Positions 1 through 4,689 of a stretch of 5,767 nucleotides of DNA are shown here, piece by piece. This DNA is from a virus. The stretch covers positions 1 through 5,767 of IMG/VR virus record IMGVR_UViG_3300019124_000073; one strand, written 5' to 3'. The position numbers were made by a program, and so were the translations under genes. The first letter of the stretch is position 1. Each line of letters begins with the position of its first letter. A model generated the notes under the pieces. That model saw only the letters and a list, made by a program, of their open reading frames with translations, had not been told where the DNA came from and did no database searches.

Positions 1-127
1 CGCTCCCTGTGAGCGTCTGAACCCTTGGGCAGGGTCGGGGGTCGGCGGGTGACTGCTGACCCCCTTTTTCATTCTTGGAGGGGTGTGATGAATCCGGATG
101 TGATGGGCGTATGGGTCCTTGTGGCCC
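1..127. repeat. Terminal redundancy (left copy) marking circular closure
   Basis: Identical base-for-base to 5641-5767. Bases 1-12 (cgctccctgtga) duplicate the last 4 codons of the coat gene. The copy also holds the terminator and the start of the micro-ORF. Confidence 0.97.
37..69 (+). terminator. Rho-independent terminator downstream of the major coat gene
   Basis: Seen: stem 37-48 (gggggtcggcgg) pairs with 53-64 (ctgctgaccccc). That gives 12 pairs, a perfect outer GGGGGTC/GACCCCC plus two G-T wobbles, with a GTGA loop and then TTTTT (65-69). It lies 25 nt after the coat stop codon. Established: Ff-type phages carry a terminator after gVIII that sets the coat to minor-protein ratio. Confidence 0.8.
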
Positions 128-162
128 TTCTCGGGGGCGCGTGGATCGTGCTGCGGCCATGA
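88..162 (+). CDS. 24-aa hydrophobic micro-protein MNPDVMGVWVLVALLGGAWIVLRP; candidate pVII/pIX-like minor virion protein or coupling leader for pIII
   Basis: Seen: GGAGG at 77-81, a 6-nt spacer, ATG at 88 and TGA at 160-162 overlapping the pIII ATG (ATGA at 159-162). GC3 is about 79% in this frame versus about 46% in the track's 75-start frame over the same bases. The product is a single TM-like helix. It is below the size cutoff of the supplied ORF track. Confidence 0.55.
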   Translation: MNPDVMGVWVLVALLGGAWIVLRP

Positions 163-1514
163 TGCGGCGCCTCCTCTTTCTGCTGCTGCTGGCCGTGTCG
201 TGGCCAGGTGCTTACGCGGGGTCGTTTGAAGTGCCCCCGAGTGGCGACTACTTCTGGGTGCGGCCCAACCTGCCGTACGTGAAGCAACACTTCGAGTTGA
301 ACGCGCCGGACCTGTGCCCGCTCGTTCAGGCTGACTGGTTCGCCCACTGGGGCCCCCAGAACTACGGGATCGTGTGGAGCCCGGACGGGACCTGCCGCAC
401 GACGGACACGAACCAAATCATTGCCGTGACGCACCTTGTCCGTGCGGACGGGCTCGCGCCGTACAGGTGCCAGCCGGGGCAGATGGTCGACAAGGATTCC
501 GGGGCCTGCTCCGAGAAACCGCCCGAGTGCCCGCCGCCCAAGGTGGTTGTGGGTGGGGTGTGTCAAGACCCGGTGCCGACGTTCTGTGAACAAGCCAAGG
601 GCTCCCGCCTGTGGGTCTCGGTGAACGGGCCCGCGCCGCCGATTGGGTCGGAGACCTGCGCCGAGCTTGGCTGCTGGGCCGTGTGGTCATCCACCGTCAC
701 GTTCAAGAACCGGACGACGGGTGTAACGACGACTGAGGGTGAGGTCGTCGTGAAGGAGAACCCCTGCACGTATGACCCCAATGCGCCGACGGCCCCGCAG
801 CCGGATACGTGCAAGGGCGGCTATTGGGGTGAGGTCCAAGGGGTCCCTACCTGTGTCCCCTACTCCGGCGATACGAACACCACGGAAAGCGTCAAGAAGA
901 CGCAATCGAACGAGTCCACCCAGAAGACGAACCCCGATGGCTCAACGAGCACGGAGACCACCTCGGGGACGACGACGGAAAAGACAACGTGTGAGGGTGA
1001 CACCTGCAAGACGACGAAGGAGACGACCACCCAGAAGCCCGATGGGACCACGGAGAAAAAGACTGAGGAGAAGGTGATGCCCAAGGAGGAGTACTGCCGC
1101 CTCAATCCCACGGCGCCGATCTGCAAGGCAGACGACAAGGGCCAGTTCTCCGGGACCTGTCAGGCGAACTTCTCATGCACGGGTGACGCTCTCCAATGCG
1201 CCATTGCTGCCGCTGTGAACCGCACGTATTGCAAGCTGGACCCGGGTACTGGCACCGATGCCGTCCGGGCGCAGCTGGAGGGCGGCACGTTCGGGCCTTC
1301 CCTGCCGGTGGCGCAGAAGGATATGTCCTCGTTCACCCAGACCAACCCGTTCAGCGGTGGCTGCCCCGGGGATCACACGTTGATGATCGCGGGCCGCTCC
1401 ATCGCCATCCCCCTGTCTGCCGCATGCACTGAGCTTCAGATGATGGGCAACGTGCTTGTGGCGTTCACCCTGCTAGCGGCGACGATCTTCGTCGTCCGCG
1501 GATTCGGAGGCTAA
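159..1514 (+). CDS. pIII-like adsorption / minor coat protein (451 aa): secreted, Cys-rich, with a C-terminal membrane anchor
   Basis: Seen: a signal peptide MMRRLLFLLLLAVSWPGAYA|GSFEV starts at ATG 159. The mature part has 22 Cys, a Thr/Glu/Lys-rich linker (about nt 865-1095), a conserved-looking C-domain (CTGDALQCAIAAAVNRTYC) and a terminal TM segment (NVLVAFTLLAATIFVV). It sits between the coat gene and the pVI-like and zot genes. The upstream part of track ORF 75-158 has low GC3 and no signal peptide, so I trimmed the start. From memory, the C-domain resembles what NCBI labels TspB C-terminal domain-related inovirus proteins. Confidence 0.8.
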   Translation: MMRRLLFLLLLAVSWPGAYAGSFEVPPSGDYFWVRPNLPYVKQHFELNAPDLCPLVQADWFAHWGPQNYGIVWSPDGTCRTTDTNQIIAVTHLVRADGLAPYRCQPGQMVDKDSGACSEKPPECPPPKVVVGGVCQDPVPTFCEQAKGSRLWVSVNGPAPPIGSETCAELGCWAVWSSTVTFKNRTTGVTTTEGEVVVKENPCTYDPNAPTAPQPDTCKGGYWGEVQGVPTCVPYSGDTNTTESVKKTQSNESTQKTNPDGSTSTETTSGTTTEKTTCEGDTCKTTKETTTQKPDGTTEKKTEEKVMPKEEYCRLNPTAPICKADDKGQFSGTCQANFSCTGDALQCAIAAAVNRTYCKLDPGTGTDAVRAQLEGGTFGPSLPVAQKDMSSFTQTNPFSGGCPGDHTLMIAGRSIAIPLSAACTELQMMGNVLVAFTLLAATIFVVRGFGG

Positions 1515-1516
1515 CG

Positions 1517-1855
1517 ATGCCGTTCCCTGCTGCTCTCGCATCCGGCGTTGCCGGGGCTATCGTCGTCGGACTTGCGTCCGGTGCGATGCAGATCGTCCTC
1601 AAGGTCCTGTTTGGCCTTGGGTTCGGCTACCTGACGTTCACGGGCATGGACTTGCTCGTGACGCAGAACAAGGACCAGATCATCACGCTCCTGTCCTCCT
1701 ACTCGCCGTTGGCCAAGGACATGATTGGCGTGCTCAAGATCGGCACGTGCATCAACATCATGTTCTCGGCCATGACGATGCGCCTCACCATCTGGGGGCT
1801 TGATGCCGGCGTGATCCGTCGCATGCAAGTGATCCAGTCGCCGGCGAGTTCCTGA
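1517..1855 (+). CDS. pVI-like small integral membrane protein (112 aa; DUF2523-type, typically found just upstream of zot)
   Basis: Seen: GGAGG at 1506-1510 and ATG at 1517, starting 2 nt after the pIII stop. There are several hydrophobic segments (AGAIVVGLASGAMQIVLKVLFGLGFGYLTF; GTCINIMFSAMTM). The position immediately 5' of the Zot-like gene supports the call. The family assignment is from memory of inovirus gene order. Confidence 0.7.
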   Translation: MPFPAALASGVAGAIVVGLASGAMQIVLKVLFGLGFGYLTFTGMDLLVTQNKDQIITLLSSYSPLAKDMIGVLKIGTCINIMFSAMTMRLTIWGLDAGVIRRMQVIQSPASS

Positions 1856-1857
1856 CC

Positions 1858-2898
1858 GTGCTGTACCTGACGACGGGCACCCCGGGTGCCGGTAAGACCC
1901 TCTGGACCATCTACACGGTCGAGAAGCGGCGCCGGGCGGAAAACCGCCCGGTCTACTACTACAACATCAAGGGGCTCACGCTCGATTGGAACGAGCTGAC
2001 CCTTGAACAGGTGATGCGATGGTGGGAGCTGCCTAGCGGCTCCATCATCGTGATCGACGAGGCGCAGGACGTCTTCCCCAAGGGGTCTAGCACCCAGAAG
2101 CCGCCCGAGCATGCGGATCGGATCGCCAAGCACCGGCATGGCGGGTTCGACATCTACTTGGTGTCGCAACACCCGATGAAGCTGGATGCCAACGTCCGAA
2201 AGGACGTCGAGGAGCACCGGCACCTTATGCGGAAGTTCGGCACGTCATGGGTCACCATCCACCTGTGGAAGGGGGTTCGTGACAACTGCGACAAGACCCG
2301 CAAGGACTCCATCCCCACGCAATGGAAGCATCCCCGGGAGGTCTTCGACTGGTACAAGTCAGCCGAGGTCCACACCGTCAAGATGTCTGTCCCTTGGCAG
2401 GTGTGGCTGATCTTGGCCATCCCCGTCTTCATCGGGTTCGCCACGTGGTGGATCTTCTGGGGGCGGGAGGCCCGCTATGAAAAGCCACCTGCAGGTGCAG
2501 CTGCAGCTGCTCCAGGTGGTGGAAGTCAAAAACAAACTTCCAGAGTCGCCGGGGGTGAACCTGCTCGCAGGATCGCCCCCCAGACCGCGCAGGAGATCGC
2601 TGAATCGTTCGCGCCCCGGGTGGCGGGTCTCCCCTTCACCGCACCTCGTTACGACGAACTGACGGCTCCTGTGCGCGTTCCTGTGGTGGTTGGCTGCTGG
2701 CAGACCGAATCGAAGAAGGATGGCTGGTGCTTCACCCAGCAAGGGACAAAGGTCCGTCTGGACCAAACCCAGATTGCCGCCTTCATTGAGGCTGGTGGCT
2801 TCTTCCAAGACTTCGATGCAGGCCCTCGGGTTGGTGAGGAGTCCGGACGGAAGGATTCATCTACTGCAAGCAAAACGGGGCCCCAGAGCGGCGTATAG
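1858..2898 (+). CDS. zot: Zot-family / pI-like phage assembly NTPase (346 aa)
   Basis: Seen: Walker A GTPGAGKT (aa 7-14), Walker B IIVIDEAQ (aa 63-70) and the Zot-family motif HRHGGFDIYLVSQHP...VRKDVEEHRHL. A single TM segment VPWQVWLILAIPVFIGFATWWIFWG (about nt 2389-2463) is followed by a C-terminal domain. The GTG start at 1858 lies 2 nt after the upstream stop. Confidence 0.93.
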   Translation: MLYLTTGTPGAGKTLWTIYTVEKRRRAENRPVYYYNIKGLTLDWNELTLEQVMRWWELPSGSIIVIDEAQDVFPKGSSTQKPPEHADRIAKHRHGGFDIYLVSQHPMKLDANVRKDVEEHRHLMRKFGTSWVTIHLWKGVRDNCDKTRKDSIPTQWKHPREVFDWYKSAEVHTVKMSVPWQVWLILAIPVFIGFATWWIFWGREARYEKPPAGAAAAAPGGGSQKQTSRVAGGEPARRIAPQTAQEIAESFAPRVAGLPFTAPRYDELTAPVRVPVVVGCWQTESKKDGWCFTQQGTKVRLDQTQIAAFIEAGGFFQDFDAGPRVGEESGRKDSSTASKTGPQSGV

Positions 2899-2929
2899 CC
2901 GCGCCCCGCAGGGCTGGGGTGGGGGGTAT

Positions 2930-2945
2930 GGGGGCAACGGCCCCC
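2930..2945. repeat. GC hairpin GGGGGC-aacg-GCCCCC in the zot/regulator intergenic region
   Basis: Seen: a perfect 6-bp stem with a 4-nt loop. It shares the 13-nt direct repeat AACGGCCCCCATG (2936-2948) with the second hairpin (2992-3004). There is no T-tract on either strand, so it is not a classical terminator. Confidence 0.6.
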
Positions 2946-2985
2946 ATGCTCACCGCTCAATGCGCCACGGGCCCCCTCCCCTACC

Positions 2986-3013
2986 AATGAAAACGGCCCC
3001 CATGAGGGGCCGT
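2986..3013 (-). terminator. Candidate rho-independent terminator for the minus-strand regulator gene
   Basis: Seen on the minus strand: ACGGCCCC-tcatg-GGGGCCGT followed by TTTCATT. The 8-bp perfect stem pairs 2993-3000 with 3006-3013. It lies 44 nt downstream of the regulator stop (3058-3060). The T-tract is short. Confidence 0.5.
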
Positions 3014-3057
3014 CGTCAGCTGAGTTTCAGGTTTGGGATTGAATGCTATTTGCGGGC

Positions 3058-3450
3058 TCAGGCAGCTGCCATTCGACGGTAACGCACATTGTCTTCAGTA
3101 GCTGCTGAGCGACTGGCGGCTCTCGCGTCAGTCCCAAAGGTCAGGCTGCCAAGCAGGCTTACGGCGGTAACCAGCACCGCGCCAATCGCTCGCGAGGACT
3201 TTCCCAGCAGCTGCTGCAGCTGCTGACGCCGCGTGTCCCCCTTCGCTTGCTCGAGCGTGGCGCGTACCAGTTCCTGCAGGGCGTCTTCCCCGGCCACGCC
3301 AGCGATCCGCGCGCGGTCCTCTGGGCTGCAAGGGCGAGTGCCCCGCTCCCAGTCGTAGACGACGGACGGCTGAACGTCTAAGACCTTCGCGAGCCGGTAT
3401 CGGCTCCCGCATTTTCCAGCCGCCCTGTCAATCAGGTGTGCTACGTACAT
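3058..3450 (-). CDS. Divergent HTH (Cro/CI/YdaS-like) transcriptional regulator with a predicted C-terminal TM segment (130 aa)
   Basis: Seen: the N-terminal motif RYRLAKVLDVQPSVVYDWERGTRPCSPEDRARIA matches the general XRE/Cro-type pattern (lA..Lgvs.s.Vs.We.G.r). It is the only minus-strand gene and lies directly upstream of rep and divergent from it, as rstR and Cf-type immunity genes do. Residues 88-105 (AIGAVLVTAVSLLGSLTF, nt 3136-3189) are hydrophobic and flanked by charged residues. Confidence 0.75.
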   Translation of the reverse strand: MYVAHLIDRAAGKCGSRYRLAKVLDVQPSVVYDWERGTRPCSPEDRARIAGVAGEDALQELVRATLEQAKGDTRRQQLQQLLGKSSRAIGAVLVTAVSLLGSLTFGTDARAASRSAATEDNVRYRRMAAA

Positions 3451-3493
3451 GTGTATTACCCCGGTTTGTGTATGGTCCGTGCTGTTGACCTAC

Positions 3494-3535
3494 ACACCGC
3501 TGTGTAATACCTGAGTACGTATTGCACAGCGGTGT
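3494..3535. promoter_or_regulatory. 42-bp near-perfect palindrome in the divergent regulator/rep control region (operator and/or ssDNA hairpin)
   Basis: Seen: ACACCGCTGTGTAATAC (3494-3510) pairs with GTATTGCACAGCGGTGT (3519-3535). That is 16 of 17 complementary positions, with a perfect outer 11 bp, around an 8-nt centre. The inner 10-mers TGTGYAWTAC recur at 3450-3459, overlapping the regulator ATG. Confidence 0.6.
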
Positions 3536-3612
3536 CCAACTCTAGCCGCTGGAGACCGCGTTGTCACCTTTCCGCCTTCTGTTCGCAATGCCCCAAGGGG
3601 TGTGGGTTGTGG

Positions 3613-3631
3613 CGTGCCGGATGACGGCACG
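3613..3631. repeat. Hairpin CGTGCCG-gatga-CGGCACG upstream of the rep start
   Basis: Seen: a perfect 7-bp inverted repeat with a 5-nt loop, 52 nt before the preferred rep ATG. Function unknown (candidate origin or leader structure). Confidence 0.4.
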
Positions 3632-3682
3632 TGGGCACGTTCTGACGTCGGCGACGGTGACCCACTGGGCGGAGCGCAGGGC

Positions 3683-4681
3683 ATGAGGCCGCGCAGCGCA
3701 GCGAGCGGCTCCGCCGCCGCGCGCAGCGCGGCCCACCCCCCCTCTCTAACAGGGGGGGAAAGTCTCGACGGCGAGCGGGCAAAGGTCGATTGGCTGACGG
3801 CGACTTGGAAACCCGACCCGGACGAGCATGTGGCGGCCAGCGTTCACGCGTGGTTCACGGACTGGCTTGGTGGTGTCATGGGTGAGTCGGTCTCTGGACT
3901 CTATGGGTATGAGTCCGGGGTGCGGTTCTATGTGCCGTACATGGGGTCCGCGCTGTTCGTGGGTCGGGTTGACTTCGGCGGCCAGCATCACGGCGGCAGG
4001 GCGCGTCTGGAACTGACTGGCAGCGGGTGCACGCGCGTCCTGCACTGGCACGCGGTGCAGCGGCACTTGGAGCAGCTGCAGGAGTGCACGCTGACGCGCG
4101 TCGATCTGGCGTTGGACTGCCTCAATGGCGAGTTCACCGTCGAGGATGCGCGGGACTGGTATCAGGCGGGGGAGTTCAACGCTGGCGGCCGTATGCCCCG
4201 CGTGAGCTCGCCCGGCGACTGGTTCGCCCCGGAGGTGCGCTATGGGCGCACGCTGGAGGTCGGCCGACGCGAGAACGGGAAGATGCTCCGGTGCTACGAG
4301 AAGGGCCGCCAGCTGGGGGACCAGAACTCGAACTGGACGCGCTTCGAGGTCGAGCTTCGTAACAACGACCGCGACCTTCCCTTTGATGTCCTGACGCGAT
4401 GCGACGAGTACTTCGTCGGCGCGTATAGGTGCCTGCAGCGAGTCTTGGACGCTGCCGCCGAGAAGATCAGGACGCACCAGAAGGAAGGCCAGATCGCTGT
4501 GGAGGTCATGAAGACCTACGCACGCGACGGCTACGGCCAGCTGTTGCACGTGCTGCGTGCGACCGGCCTCTCGGCCGACGACATCGTCAATGAACTCGCT
4601 CGCCCGGGTGTCCCAAGGCGGCTGGAGCGCGCAAGCCTGGGCGGGTTCTTCAACAGCGGGCCGCCTCCGCTTCCTCACTAG
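3683..4681 (+). CDS. Rep_trans / RstA-type rolling-circle replication initiation protein (332 aa from ATG 3683; the open frame extends up to GTG 3602)
   Basis: Seen: KVDWLTATW near the N-terminus (nt 3782-3808) and GRTLEVGRRENGKMLRCYEKGRQLGDQNSNWTRFEVELRN (about nt 4240-4362). These match the remembered pattern of the replication initiation factor family (IDWL..T ... lYiG.r.s.k.lrvYdK ... w.R.E.el) used by CTXphi RstA and the Cf/Lf gII proteins. GGAG at 3671-3674 sits 8 nt before ATG 3683. The start remains uncertain. Confidence 0.88.
   Translation: MRPRSAASGSAAARSAAHPPSLTGGESLDGERAKVDWLTATWKPDPDEHVAASVHAWFTDWLGGVMGESVSGLYGYESGVRFYVPYMGSALFVGRVDFGGQHHGGRARLELTGSGCTRVLHWHAVQRHLEQLQECTLTRVDLALDCLNGEFTVEDARDWYQAGEFNAGGRMPRVSSPGDWFAPEVRYGRTLEVGRRENGKMLRCYEKGRQLGDQNSNWTRFEVELRNNDRDLPFDVLTRCDEYFVGAYRCLQRVLDAAAEKIRTHQKEGQIAVEVMKTYARDGYGQLLHVLRATGLSADDIVNELARPGVPRRLERASLGGFFNSGPPPLPH
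3736..3758. repeat. C7-N9-G7 hairpin (CCCCCCC-tctctaaca-GGGGGGG) inside the 5' end of rep
   Basis: Seen directly: two complementary 7-nt homopolymer tracts separated by an AT-richer 9-nt loop. They fall in the low-complexity N-terminal extension of Rep (HPPSLTGGE). Confidence 0.6.
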
Positions 4682-4689
4682 GAGGTCAC

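Noticed and set aside
75-158. N-terminal extension of the pIII ORF from TTG 75 (or ATG 111) as given in the track
   Set aside because: GC3 is only about 46% in that frame here. The extension would bury the signal peptide behind 28 residues. The nearby SD is positioned for ATG 88 in another frame.
69-593. 174-aa minus-strand ORF antisense to the pIII-like gene
   Set aside because: Its Arg/Pro/His-rich composition is typical of a shadow frame in GC-rich coding DNA. It has no SD and no motif, and the + frame has a clear signal peptide and high GC3.
772-1077. Extremely Arg-rich 101-aa ORF (protamine-like) in an alternative + frame over the pIII linker
   Set aside because: It is a by-product of the ACG/AAG/GAG-rich linker read out of frame (CGA/AGA/CGG codons). 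It has no independent start signal. Overprinting cannot be excluded without comparative data, but it is not supported.
1699-2223. 174-aa minus-strand ORF antisense to the pVI-like and zot genes
   Set aside because: It is a shadow ORF. The + strand carries unambiguous Walker A/B and Zot motifs over the same bases, and the antisense product is Arg/Leu/Pro-rich with no features.
2359-2987. Minus-strand ORFs 2359-2808 and 2649-2987, and + ORF 2690-3082, overlapping the zot 3' half and the intergenic region
   Set aside because: They are Arg/Pro/Gly-rich and overlap the well-supported zot frame. The parts extending into 2899-3057 coincide with the GC hairpins, and no SD or start context supports them.
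2928-2990. 20-aa ORF (MGATAPMLTAQCATGPLPYQ) inside the zot/regulator intergenic region
   Set aside because: It has no SD and no hydrophobic or other character, and it coincides with hairpin-forming sequence. It is most likely non-coding.
3485-3513. TTGACC (3485-3490) as a -35 box for rep, with TAATAC (3505-3510) or TACCTG as the -10; also TTGTCA (3561-3566) with CGCAAT
   Set aside because: The spacing to the only good -10-like hexamer is 14 nt, and hexamers at 16-18 nt are poor. No convincing sigma70 pair could be defined on either strand, so I annotated no promoter.
3579-3600. TTCGCAATG, a partial resemblance to the XerC arm of dif (TTCGCATAATG)
   Set aside because: Only about 9 nt are similar. 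The AT-rich central region and the XerD arm are absent (CCCCAAGGGG follows). This is not enough to call an attP.
3746-4678. 310-aa minus-strand ORF covering almost all of rep
   Set aside because: The + frame carries the Rep_trans-like motifs. The antisense ORF is a stop-poor GC-rich shadow (Arg/Ala/Pro/Leu-rich) with no start context.
4501-4681. In-frame internal ATG 4508 in rep preceded by GGAGG (4501-4505), a possible pX-like C-terminal product
   Set aside because: The SD-to-ATG spacer is only 2 nt, which is too short for efficient initiation. Nothing else supports a separate product.
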